NCBI GenBank assembly: GCA_976551045.1 | Contig: CDPCPM010000007.1 | Location: 15,562,001-15,626,000, forward strand | Source: Glaucostegus cemiculus | Taxonomy: Eukaryota | Direction of reading: 5' to 3' | Length of the DNA stretch: 64,000 nucleotides | Shown: in pieces, positions 39,853-53,200 of the stretch | How positions within the stretch are numbered: position 1 is the stretch's first letter | Layout of the letters: the number at the start of each line of letters is the position of its first letter | Program-made: the position numbers and the translations under genes | Notes under the pieces: model-generated | Seen by the model: only the letters and a program-made list of their open reading frames with translations | Told to the model about the DNA's origin: nothing | Database searches by the model: none

Positions 39853-41185
39853 ATATACAGGTCTTGATGATTTACTTGTTTCTTGTGTTTCAGGGCCCCA
39901 GTGGGATTAAGCAGCCATGGTACATGCTAGTTTCACGTTTTCCAGGTTTTCAAAGGATTGTGCTCCAGCGGGTGCCTTGTCTGCCTTTCTGTAAGATGTT
40001 CATCAGACCAGAAGCAGCTAGCACGTCATCAAAATTGGCCAGCCCTTTTCTGACACAATTTGCATCCCTTTATGCCCTGGTTCCCCTGTTCCCCCTTACC
40101 CGTCACCAGTTCGTATTGCATGCAACAGTGTTATGATTTCCTCCACAGCTGCAATGTTACAGTATTTTGACACCAGCAGATTGTCAAGGCCCATTTCTCA
40201 AAGCAGTTGTACTTCCCAGAAACCATGCTGGGTGGACACACAGGTGTCTAGCTGAGATTCCACCCATTCAGCGCCCAGCCAATGTCTCTCCACACCTCCT
40301 AATTACCTCACACTTTAAAGGGAGAGAATGACTGTTGCAATTAGGGATTTTCCCCAGTTTGCCTCTAGCCAGGGTGCTCCAGTACAATCCTAACATCTAC
40401 CCAAAAGTTGCCCAGGTTATGCCCTGTCCTCAAAGAGGAGAACAAATGCATTCAAGTGTATTACCAGCCAATCAGTGTACTCACAGTCATCAACAATGTG
40501 ATGAAAGGTGTTCTCGATAATGCTGTCAAGCAGCACTTATTCCCCAGTAACCTAATAGCCAGTTGGGTTTTGACAGGACCTCTTGGGTCCTGACTGCATC
40601 ACACTGGTACAGCGTGCAAAGTTCCAGTGGTGAGAGTAACTGTCCTTAATATTAAAGCAGCATTTGATGTAGTGCGACATTAAGGAGCTCTGGTAAAACT
40701 GAAATCAATGGGCATCAAGGGGAAATCACTCCAATAACTGGAGTCATACCTCACACAGAGGAAGATAGTTGTGGTGATTGGAGGTCAATCATCCCAGCCC
40801 CAAAGCATGGTTGCAGGAGTTCCTCAGGCCCAACCATCTTTAGCTCCTTCATCAGTGACCTTCCTTCTCTTGGAAAGCAGAAATGGAGATACTCACTGAT
40901 GATTGCATAATTTCCAATTCCACTCACAACTTCATAGCAAATAAAGCAGCCCTTCCCTGCATGTGGCAACACCAAGCGAACAGTCAGGCGTAGACTGATA
41001 AGTGGCAAGTAATATTTGTGCCACAAACATGCCATCATCTGTGACCATCACCAGCAACTGAAGATCTAACCATCTCCAGGTGACAATCAGTAGTATGACT
41101 GTCACAAAGTCCCCTACCATCAACATTTTTGGGGTCACTATTTATTAGAAACTCAACATAATTCTTGTGGCTACAAGAGCAGGTC

Positions 41186-41297
41186 TGTTGCTCCTATGTT
41201 TTCTGAGGATTTCAACCAATAGCCCTTAAAATGTGTTTTACCCAAGTGCGTTATACTTGCAAGGTAAACAAAAGGACACAAGTCACATCCAGATGCA

Positions 41298-41368
<71 letters not shown>

Positions 41369-42139
41369 CACACGCACACGTGTGCATGGTTAACACTGCA
41401 ATAGTTAAGCTGTAACTATCTGTCGAAGTCCCAAACACTATCAGTTACACCTAGGGCTGATCACAAGCATCTTTGCTGGCTCCCAGAGTCTAGGATTCTC
41501 TGCTGTCCATGAAGGTTGGTCTCCTGCCTTGGATGGTGCCAGTGTTGTCTTCATTTCCTTGGTTGAAGCCCACAAAGTAGGCCTTCACTGGCTGTGGTTC
41601 TCGCTGGCTTCACTGGCTGTGGTCAAGGTTCTTCACTGCTGACCACCAGGGCAGAGTTATCACTGTTCTGGGCTAATCACTGTTGTTAATGGGCTGATAG
41701 GGGTTAATTATAAACCTACTATGACTTTGCAGAAACTTTTCTTAGCTTGACCAATTGGATGGTGAGATGGGAAGAACACTACTGGTCACTTCCAAGGATA
41801 ATGAATTTGGGAGATGCTTTGAATGCAACCCTTTAAAGGAGGTGGGGACAGGAAACCTAGGCTCCATTGGGCATCCCTCCATAGATACTCCCTGCTGAGT
41901 CCCTTCAATGCTTTGTGCGAAGGGTCCAGTAAATTTGCCTCTCTATTGTTCCTCTTTCCCTGGGCTGATACTTACGTTAAATATTCGATCAATGATTGGT
42001 AGACCTGTATTGTGGTCACGAGCACCCATTCTTGCAATAGTATCACTACCTGTTTTGTGGATTTGGATCTTACATTATTCTAAGGTCAGCTTGGCTAATT
42101 TTCCCATGGTTCTCAGCTCCTTGCTCCAAGGAGCTTCTT
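41186..42139 (-). mobile_element. Candidate solo LTR
   Basis: Interrupts the LINE with GGTC on both sides (41182-41185, 42140-42143). Left end 'tgttgctcct' is imperfectly inverted to the right end 'aggagcttctt'. CCAAT and TATA-like motifs at ~41750 and ~41708 are ordered for the minus strand. Confidence 0.5.
41301..41379. repeat. (CA)n microsatellite
   Basis: Long, nearly perfect CA run. Confidence 0.98.
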
Positions 42140-43944
42140 GGTCACAGGCTGGAGACTCTGTGAGTGACTCAGCTCTGGACAACCCAATCTTTTCACAATC
42201 TACAAGAAACAAATCCAAAATGTGATAGAATACCCTCTATTTGCCTGTATGAATGTAGATTCAGCACCATCCAGGATAAAACAGCCCACTTGATTGGCCC
42301 TCTGGTCACGTCACCATTCATTCCCTTCAACACCAGCATGTAATAGGTGCAGTGCATGCCGTCTGTAAAATGCAATGAGGTTATTTGCCTAAGCTATTCC
42401 AACAGCACCATCCAAATCCGTGACCTCGACCATGAAGAAGAATAAGGGCAGAAGACACACGGGAAACACTACCACCAGCAGATTCCCCACCGAGGTGCAC
42501 ACCGTCCTGAATTGGAAATACATCACCATTCTTTCATCATTGTTAGATCTAAATCCTGGAACTCCACTGTGAGGGTACCTTCACCAGAGTGAGTATAGCA
42601 TTTTGTGAAAGCAGATATCACCATCTCCTTAGCAATAATTTGGGATTGGTAATAAATGCTGTGTTCATTCTACCTTCAAGGCTGGAATTCAATGGCTTGT
42701 GTACCTTTCATGACAACTGTGTATGCTTAGTAGCACAGAGCCAGGTTGGACAGCGAATGGACTTACTCCTTACAGAACGTTTATTAACATCTGGAACAAG
42801 ATTCAGCAGATGGGAAGCATATCTTCCGAGCTGAAGTTAGGTAACTTGCCTCTTGGTCATTGTAGTTCCAGGAATTCCATTTTATTGTCTACAGGAGAAG
42901 TCAAGTCATTTCCCTGAATTTACTTTTGGCTTAGTTTGTTTCTTAACCTACTTTGTTTGACTTTTCTGTGAGTTTACATGCCAGTAGGTACTTTGGAAGC
43001 CATAATATTTAGCGTAACAGGACTGGATGTGACATGTTTGTCTGACATATTGTTGTGTTTGTGTTGTGTGTTTCTTTGGACCTGACCTCACTCTGCCACC
43101 ACAAGTTAAGTGGATATGTGGTGGAAACTATGTTTTCCTGATGCTTGGATGTCAATATCCAGCCCTGGATGTCCATATCCTTCTAGGATTGTGTTTCTTG
43201 ATGCAGTAGCTTGGAATGCTTAGTGTACTCAGGATAAAATTTGTGGCTGTAGTCCACATTAAAAGCAGGCAGCATTTGTATTTCTAATTATGTATTCCCT
43301 AGCAACTTTATCAATTCATGGGATTTCTCCTAATCTCCTTTCAGGACCTTTTGTTCTTGAGTTAATGCACCCAGCAAACCACAGCAAAACAGACTGGCAC
43401 CAACTGTGATGAATGAGTTAACCTCCCAGTCAACTTCATCAATGAGGGCATATCACAAGTATTCTTTGAGTCTCCTGCTTTCCTTATCAAACTACTTGAG
43501 AACTGTGAAACCAACTACTGATGCAGCAATGCACAGACTGGCTGATTTCAAGAACAAGTAGTACTCAGGAACATCGGTTAACAAATGCTAATCACAAGCA
43601 GAGAAAAAGAACTTAAAGCTTTCATTACCAAGTAATGAAAATATAACCCAAATCTTTTTATGAACATAAATTATTTAGGTCTTAAAATGCCATTCATTGG
43701 CTGCAGATAATTTTCCATTTTATAAATGTTCTGCAGTCATAGGTTAAGGCATGGTGATATAAAAAGGTAACCAATTAAACAGCATTTCTTGTCACCTTAC
43801 CTATTAAAATATCATATTTCTATCCCATTCTTCACATATTTCTCTCACTTTCTTTCATTGTTCCATCTCCTTCTTGCAGTCTGAACAAATCAATTTCTCT
43901 TTGTATTCCACTGAATGCTCTTCGAGCATTAGGGCATAAGAAAT

Positions 43945-44975
43945 AGTAAGACCAGTACGAAGGAGTAGTGACAGTATAAACTAAATTTGTCGTTCTAGAG
44001 GGGTGCAGGACAGAGAGACTTGTGCGTGCATGTGCATAAATCTTTGACATTGTCAGGGCAGGTTGAGAAAGTAGTTAATAATGCATATTGGATTCTGGGC
44101 ATCTTAAATAGAAGCACAAGTACAAAAGTAAGGAGATTATGTTGAACTACAAAACACAGGTTATGCCGTAACTGGAGTGTCTAGTTCTGGGTGATTGCAA
44201 TTATGGAAAGATGTAAAAGTCTGGAGAAGGTATATAAACGCTCCAGGATTAGGCATTTCAGTTATGAGGATGGGTCAGAGAATTTGGAGTTTAATAATAA
44301 TATAATATTTATTTATTAGTCACATGTATATCGAAACATACGGTGAAATGTGTCTTTTTGCATTAACAACAAACACAGTCTGAGAATGTACTTGGGGCAG
44401 CCCACAAGAGTCGCCACGCTTCTGGCGCCATCATAGCATGCCCAAAACTCCTAACCCATCCGTCTTTTTGGAATGTGAGAGGAAAACAGAGCTCCCGGAG
44501 GAAACCCGTGCAGTCACGGGGAGAACAACAGCTAAGGGAGAATGCCTTACAGAAAGTGGTGGAATTGAGCCCGAGTCCCTGGTGCTGTAATAGCATTACA
44601 CTAGCTGCTACGCTACTGTAGTCTTTTCCTTGGAGCAATGAAGGTTAAGAGGAAATTTGGAAGAGCTGTACAAAATCAACGGCAGGAAGACACAGGTTTC
44701 AGAATGATTAGCAAATGATCTGGAGTGGTCTGAGGTAAAGCATTTTCACACAGCATGTAGTTATAATCTGGAATGGATGATCTGAATGTGCGGTGAATGC
44801 AAATTCAATTGTGGTTTTCAAAAGAGAAATGATAAATACTTGGAGAAAAACAAGTACTGGTTTATGGGAGAAGAATGGAGGAATGGGACTGGCTGGATTT
44901 CTGTGAAAAGAGTTGGCACAGACCCAGAGGGCTGCATTGCCTCCTTCTGTGCTCTGATGTTCTTGTGATACTATA
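43945..44975 (+). mobile_element. Degenerate CR1 LINE 3' fragment with a nested SINE
   Basis: 'gaagcacaagtacaaaagtaaggagattatgttgaac', then 'gaatttggag' [SINE] 'gtcttttccttggagcaatgaaggttaagagga' (LFSLEQxRLRG), and 'cattttcacacagcatgtagttataatctggaat'. Confidence 0.8.
44291..44620 (-). mobile_element. tRNA-derived V-SINE, tail type B, nested in CR1
   Basis: Reverse complement of the 1616-1923 type: 'tttattagtcacatgtatatcgaaaca', 'gtcgccacgcttctggcgcca', V-core and tRNA-like head. Confidence 0.88.
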
Positions 44976-46539
44976 ATCCAGAAAGGAAAGGAATTTGCCT
45001 TGAATGGGTTGACTGCACGAACAGATCACTCACAGTAGTATTTGAACTGTAGTTAATAATCCAAGTTATTTTAGAGAGCACCTGACTGCGTGTATTAACC
45101 TCTTATGCTTTCAGACACCATCGCCTAATAGTTCCCCTTTGATGTTACCAGCAGTCAACCACAACTGTTTAATCAAAAGCATACAAAATCCAAACTTGAA
45201 TTGACAGTCAAAACAAATAGATAGTAACCTTAATCAGAGTGGCTTTTAACTAATCATTTTTATCAAACGCCTCTGATGGTAAGACTTGCTTTTTAGCAAT
45301 ATAACTATTCAACTCATTTCATTTAATTGTGTTAGTTCCATGTCACAGGGAAAGCTTGAGTGATCATGGCTTTGGGCACTTCCATTGCCAAGTCAGCAAC
45401 ATCAACAATTGAACACCAGTGGTTGGTTAACAACCACTCACAAATACAAAGTTTCTTTTAATTTGCATTTCCACTAAAGTGGATGCTGGTCAGGAAAACT
45501 ATTTAAAGGGTTAGTGAGAAAATGCCGTACCCTTTACACTATCATCCAAAACCCAAATTACCGACTATGTTTCTTATATGACGCTGGACATCCTCAAAAT
45601 TTGCATTCCAATTAAATATTCTATTCACTATTTATAACTTTATCTAATACAAAAAACATTGTTCATTATGAACACTGTTGTGCCTGGAAATACATGTGCA
45701 AATGAAGAAAACTGTAATCAATGCAAGTGATAAAGGATTTCTTCAGTGTCCAATAAGTAACAAGACTCTAAACCGAGAGTTTACATTTTAATTCATAATG
45801 TCCACACACAAATGGACTCTGGTACAGCTGCCTTAACATGTGTTGCTATTCTCAGTCCTGGAATCATAGATTCATTCTGTCAACATGTTCAGAGAAATTC
45901 CTGTCTTCCTGAAGAAGGCACTGGTATAAAATGTCACTGATGCATTAAGCATTGAAGCACCTTACTAAGAAAAACACCAAAACAGGAAAAATTTAATGCA
46001 GAAATATTATACATTAAACTATCAACTATACCATTATAAAATTATGAACAATTGTGGAAAATTTTCAGCCCTCAAAAACTAAGTGCAAATGCACATTTCC
46101 TTTTGTTATTGCGGTGGTGTTGAAAGCAGTTGTCCAATTGCTCCCAGGAAATGTTTATTTTATTTTGGCTGCCAGCCCCAGAGCTCAATATGTAAGAAAA
46201 TTTGTGTGGAAAAGGAATGTGCCTTAGAAGCACTACAAACAAGCAGTGTACCCTCCCCATTAGGCCATGGGGCACTCAATAGAATTAGACCTCTCAACAA
46301 TCTCACAATCATCATCCTACCACCTTACTAACCTCCAACATCACCCTCAACTGTACAAGTCACTCTGTATTCACCCACTGCCATCTGAACAATCTCCCTT
46401 CCAGCAGCACAAACCTGTAGTCCCTGCCGCAGAGTTTCCTGCCTGACAGTTGGCTGGCTTACAGGTGGGGATGTCGTTTGATAAAAGCTTGCACACTGGA
46501 GAGATGCAGCTCCACAATGATCAGAACTCTTCAATTAAA

Positions 46540-47200
46540 GAACATACATAGAATCATATTGAATATTGCAAACAGAAACAGACCATTTGGTCGAATTTCT
46601 CAATGGATGTATTTATGATCCATTTGAGCTTCCTCCCACACTACTCTATCTAACCTAATATTGCTCTCATTCACTTACCTAAATGTCCCTTAAATGCATC
46701 TGTTACCTGCCTGAACACAGTATCGTAGCAAGTTCAGTTTTCTATTTTTAGGATAAAGACATCAGTTCTGAATCCCTAACTGAATTTACCTGTAGCTGAC
46801 TTTACGTTATGATCTTTCACTTTGATTTCTCCAAGTAGAGCAACATTACATCCTCTGTGTTGAACACTTTCCTGATTTTAACAACCTCTGTTATCCCTCA
46901 GCCCTTTTCTAGAGAAACCCCAGCCTATTCAGTGTTTCTATACCGTTATAATAAACTAATTTTGGTATTAGCTTTGCATCTTCTTAGTAACCTCCATATG
47001 ATTTTTATCATAATGGTGGCCAGAAATGTTCATGATATTCTAGGTGTAGTTTAACCAAGGCTCTTTGCAAGCTTAATATATTTTTTCTCTCCTGAAAGGA
47101 ACCCTATTATTTTGGTTAATCATTTTTCTTAACATATGCTGCTACTTTGATGATCTGTGAATATGTGCTGTTCAATCCCTTTATTCCTCTGTTCCATTTA
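46540..47200 (-). mobile_element. Very degenerate CR1 LINE 3' fragment
   Basis: Tail 'catacatagaatcata...aacagaaacagaccatttgg', 'ctcagcccttttctagagaaacc', 'ggtggccagaaatg...ctaggtgtagtttaacc'. Confidence 0.65.
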
Positions 47201-50200
47201 ACAATACAAATTCTTCCACAAGTGTTTTCAGACTAGGAGGAGGTACTGTGGGAAGCCTGCACCATGTCGGCATAAGGCCCTGAGGATGCCATATTCGTCA
47301 CACAGAGCACAAAACATCGAGCACAGTAGACCAGGTTTGTTCACACAGCCTATGCATACACGGTCTTGCACAATGGTCCTTACTCCATAATCTCTGTCCC
47401 AGCAGAGTTTGGAGAGAGTGGGGGGGGCAGTGATTGCAGAGGGTTAGATCAGAAAGGTTGGGCTGGGGAGATTGACTTGGGAGTGGGGAATGGATCACAG
47501 GCGGCAGACAATCACGGAGAGGATGAGAGGGGCAATGGAAGTACTGTGGAGTGGATTGGGAGAAAACCAAGAAGAGCAGGGAACATATCAGCAGGCAGAA
47601 GATCTGGGCAGCTGGGGAGCAGATTGATGCTGGGAAGATGATCAGGACATGGACTGGGCACAGGTTTAGGGAATGAGTTGAGGAAGAGACCGAGGATGTC
47701 AGACAGATTAGGCAGTACAGGAGAGAAAATGAATTGGGGGGCGGGGGGGAGGGGAAGGAGTAGGTGTAAGAGGAAGAGAGAAATCAAAGGCTCTCTAATA
47801 AATTGGCAGGGAGTGGAGATCATGATAGGTTGGGAGTAGGACAGGGCGGGGTAGGTTAATCACTCCAGAGGATAAGATAAAACAAGAACTTAGTTAAGAA
47901 GGAGCAATAACTTAAATTCACTAGCAGTGGCCCAGGTAGGTCAGGCCCTTGAACTAACCCTGAGGCAGGCCTCTGCTGTTTGCTTAAGATCTGGTCCAGT
48001 GGGCAAGACATCACAGTCATCAGTCACGTACAGTCAATGGAGGCTGGTCATTGGAATTCAAAGGGTACAGCCCCACTGTGTTCAATCCTTAACTCTGCTG
48101 CAAACAGAGCAGCAAACAGCAAAACAAAAACACTGCTGTCCTTTAATTAAATGGGAGATTGTTGGTCATTCTATCTACACCATCTGCAGCAGGTGCAGGT
48201 GGTAGTTCATGGAACATCACGGCTGAAAGTTCTGGAACCCTTGATGGTCTGCTGGCTACTGTCTGTCTGAAGGTAGCTGGTTAGCTGAACTTGATACAGG
48301 AAGTTGCGGGTGGCCAGTCAGTGGCAACACTAGAAGCCTTGACAGTAGGGCTGGCCCCCTCCCTGAGTACACAGTAGACAGGCAGGCCTGCATGCAGTAT
48401 AATGCCTTGTCTGAGCAATTGGAGTGCATATTCATTTTGACCTTTCTTCTTACTGTGTAGCAGTGGCCACTGGAACTGAGAAACTAAATTTGGGAACTGG
48501 GTTTTCCATGGAATGGAGAAGAAGCCAAGGAAAATAATGGATTATGTTTATAAAGAAGCACAGAAGAAAGTTAATCTCTGGTAGCTGTATCAGTAACATC
48601 ACTTTCAATAAATCAGGAATAGGTTTGTTTGGAATAGGTTGAAAACCAACCAATAATGTCTCCACTTTGCACAGTTAAAAATCAGGCATGTGATATCAAC
48701 TGCACTTTGTGTGCTAATCGACATCTTTGCACATGTTCAACAGCCTCACTGCAGAAACATATTACGCGCACCTCAAGCACTCAAAGTACCTGATTGCATA
48801 TGTTTTCCACCTACTGTAGTCCTTTATATCTTCAACTTAAACATCATGTCTATCCAAGTTTGAATTAATTTACCATTAACATGTTCATTCTGCAAGTTTA
48901 TTAATGTTGCCTTGTATGTTGTAGAATAATGTCTCATATCACAACCTATTATGGAAGACTTTAATCATAAACTACGACCAACACATCTTTTGAAATCCTT
49001 TCATCATAATAGCAAATGTGTAATATAGGATTTTCAATACAATTATTCTTTTTACTAATCTATTCTTATAACAAGCAGATATTTTACAAGGAACAATCTT
49101 ATTATACACTTCCAAAGACAAATAACTCTTCTTACATTGCTCTCACGGAAGCAAACCTTTTTTTATTCGCCTCTCATTGAAGTAAATTCTTATTACAGAC
49201 TTCTCTATAACAAACCTTCCTATTTTGAGCATGGTATAACAAATTCTAAGTATAAATATTTCAGTGAAAAAAACACTCATTTTGCAAACTGTCACCGAAG
49301 AAGCCAGTTCTCCTGAAGCTGCATTGGCATCATAGAAGGAGACCCAATCTCAGTCCATCTATTGTATTAGACAACGAATTGCACGTTGATGTAACAAGTG
49401 AAGAAGAGTCTCAGCTGCTACAAGTGCAAGTGGGTTACTACTATGCATAAAATAAAGTTCCCATTCAATAGCCTAAAGACTAAGCTCTCACATAAGTATT
49501 TAGGACATTCCTAAGACACTGGTTGCTGCCAAGATGAAAAATTTCTTTATGTAATAGTCCCTTATTGTTCACTAATATCAGATGGCAAATCAGACATCAT
49601 GTTCATAAATTATTTGGTGAATGTTTAGAAGCCAAAAATACTTTAGAGAAAACACTGCTATCAGTAATTTTTATGGGAAGCAAAGCAGACATTTTTAACC
49701 TTCATTTTTAATCATCTTGTGCGTGTTCTAGTTTCTGCAAGAGCAGATTATTTTGTCAGGTTGAGAGATAATGTTGAATCCTGACTGGGGATAGGGTGGG
49801 GGTGGGATGGAGATGTGGGGTTGGTAAGGGTGACAATTGAGGGAGCTGGGCACAGGCATATCTTGTCAAACTAACATCATTGTTCCCTGAACTGCCTGCC
49901 CAGCCCTATGTAAAGGAAAATCACATAGGCCCACAGGCCCACTCCTTTCTGTGTAATTTGTGTGCCCCAGTAGCTGTCATTCATGCTAATCATCAGGCAC
50001 TCATTTCTGCTGCTCTTAGATGAACTGTCAAGCGCCTGGATTGGTTAGTTATATGAAATTATATTTGTGAAGAGATTGCGATTTTCTATTTGCGCAGTGA
50101 ATAGTATATGCTGGTGTTAGTGAATGGAAGGCATCATGCCTAAATAATCATTATAGAGTTGAGGTTACTTCTGCCCCCAACCCTCCATTATTTCCGACCT

Positions 50201-53200
50201 AATAAGGCAACACATTAATATCATAGGTTGAAGTTTATTTGGAATTGTGCCTTCATTCTATTAATGTCTGGTTGTGAGGCGATTGCTGGATGCTCACTTC
50301 AAACTAGGAAGAGATGTGTTTGCCCTCTGAGTGAATTTTAATTTAAGCGTGATTGTTTTGCTGACCTGTCTCTGAATACTAGGAAGAGCTTCTTTATGTT
50401 GGATCTGTAGCCTATGCTCTTTGTTGCTGATTGCTGAATTCAGGTTATTCATTAATGCAAATCTGTTCAGCTAGATGACAGTAAATGACTATTAACGGGG
50501 GCAGCCCCAACATTCTAACTACTGCACAAATCATATTCATGATTAGAAACCTGTAATGACCAAAGCACTGAGTATGTGTAATAGAGTCAATTCCTATTGA
50601 TTGAAAACACTGCTTCTGGAATAGAAATATTTGTAAAATATTAGTAACTAGGATGGATTGATTTGTCTATAGAAGCTACAGTATTTTCTAATATTTGATT
50701 AACATTCTAGGATCAATTTGTACTGAAAACTATAAAAACATTGGGAATTGCTGTAAATAATATATTTTAAAAAGCATAAGATGCTGGAAGTGAAAGAAGG
50801 CCATTTGAAAACTGAAATGGAAATGATATGAACATTTCCAGTTAAAGATGCTTCTCAGATCAGGGTGTGCATGCAACATTTTTTGTTTTAGTGTTTCTAC
50901 GGCACAGAAGGGCTTTTACAATGTTATTTGACTTGCTTGAGGATGGTAACCATGACAAGTGACTATCACTGTTTGTTGTAGTGAACAGTTATTCAATTAA
51001 AGAAAAATCAATTGTAATTCAATGTGGAAAAGGTAACATATTTCTATGGTGAAACATCCATACTTTATTAAGTAGGTTTATTTAAATGGTCTCTTCTGTC
51101 TTTTAACCCTTTAAGGGTGGCTACTGTCAACGTTCAATTGATGTTTCAGATTACCTCGTTACAAATGTTACTACGTTGCAGGCTTGTCAAGAATGTATGC
51201 TGATTAGCGCTTTTTTCTCAATCCATCTGCAGTGTCATTATATTTATTGCATAAAACAAATCCTGCTGCTATCAAGATGCAAGTAAAAATCTGGCAAATG
51301 TTTTTTTCTTATGATTGGGATCACAGTTCCCCTAGGCTTATTATAAATACAGTCAAATGCAGATTATATACCACACCAACAAGTAAATTGATGGTAATGT
51401 TCTGATGTATGCAAATCAGTAACAATCTCCAATTGCATCACTTACATAATCAGTAATAGTATAGCTGTCCTATTATGTCTGTCTGATTCTTCACAGTTTT
51501 TTAGTCACCCATAACCTATTACACAAAACATGATTCCACTGCAGTATATATGTTGAAGAAACTCTGCATCATCCTGCGCGTAACATGACTGTTTGTGAAA
51601 CTACCATGTCATTGCCTCCACTCCACCAAATATTTTTTGACACAGTGCTAAGATTGAATGTTATCTGAAGTTCAGTTCACCTATTTTTTCAAATAATCAT
51701 TTAGTCATCAAGTCAAGGATTCCATACCTTGAATTTCTTCAACTGTTTTCACATGTCTCTCAAAATTATCTCGTTCCATCATACGCTTCTTCAGTGTGCA
51801 TGTCTGAGTATGTGGTAGCAATAGACAGCAGATCATTAATCAAAATATTGAATCACACTTTTACTAGCTTAAAATACTGATTCTCTTATAATGTCCTGCT
51901 GCATTACATTTTTACAATTCAGCATGCCATCCACCCCCACTGCCCACCATTCCACCACCCCTCCCCTTCACCCTCGCACATCTATCTGTTTCTGATTCAC
52001 TACATTGCTTTCCTCCATTTTGTCTTATTTTGTAGACTAAAATGTTTGCATTCACAAAATGGGGATCGCCCTGGCTTTACATTTGCTGTTCATTAAAGGT
52101 TACAGGCATTTTCAGAAAAAATGAGTAGTTCAAATGAAAACAGTATTTTGTGTCAGAAGATTTGTGAAAAAGAGTCTCTTTATTAAGAGAACATTGGCTC
52201 AAAAACCACAGCCGCATTTCCTGAGCTCAGAAGTAAAGATTATCCATTTCAGGAAGAATTATTACTCATCTTCTGAGATAACCCTTGGTCATTCTTTCAA
52301 AAAACTTGGTGTTATTTAATGAACATTGAACATAAATAAAGGCTATAGCCAAAGCTTTCTCTGAATTGCTTATGCAGGATCCAGTATGATACTCATTCTA
52401 GTCTCTTCTTTATGTCTTATTATATTTCATACACTTTTGTGAGCTACAATTTCACTTTTCAATAGCTAATTTATATATATTTTCAGCAACATAGTGACAT
52501 GATAATTTTAGATGTTCTCTTCATTGTAAAACATTAACTAAATCATGTATTTTATCATCTCTGAAATGGATCACAGAAATCTACAATATATTGTTTTCAC
52601 AACTTAATCAAGGTACAAACTAATAAAGGATAAATATATCTGTTGAAAATGCAATAAAAAACATTTGAAGTTTCTATCAGTGATAATTTGATATGACTTA
52701 AGTTTTTTTAAAAGAAACAGGAAAAATATAAGCACGATAGTGCTTGTATTTTGAACGAATCAGATATATGATTGGTAGATCTTTATTTCCAAGTCGTTCT
52801 TCTGAGCAATAGTGAGTGTAAGACAGGATGAGCATGTGGTGCCACAGCCTATTACTTGGTCCTGTCATATTGCACTCCAGCCAGCTGGGAGAATCCATCC
52901 TAAACTGACCCATTATTGCTGCCATCTCAATCCACCTTTTACAAATTTTGCTTCTTTTCATGTTTTTTTTTAAACATAGCTGTGTTATTCTGCAGTTGTT
53001 TTGACCATTTCCTTTCAAATGTTACTGAATATCTTGGCATGCCATGCTTAGGTGTATCTCTGAACAGTACTGTTATCCATGAACCAAAGAGAAGAAACAA
53101 AATAGGTTAAAAAGCACACATACAGCTTCCTCCTAAGGAAGTGTAACACAATAGTGATTAAATATTTTATTAGCTGGTTCAAAAATAGCATTGAATTTTA

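Larger units (their letters stand above)
40490..42662 (+). mobile_element. Decayed non-LTR retrotransposon (CR1/L2-group RT), split by an insertion at 41186-42139
   Basis: RT remnants VRVTVLNIKAAFDVV, GALVKLKSMGIKG, LESYLTQRKIVVVIGGQSS, AGVPQ and 'ctcactgatgattgc' (xADD-like). Resumes at 42140 with IYK...VIEYP and ends 'gtaataaatgctg'. Confidence 0.85.

Noticed and set aside
6324-51416. Multiple ATGCAAAT octamer motifs
   Set aside because: Scattered, and I cannot show enrichment over the AT-rich background without computation.
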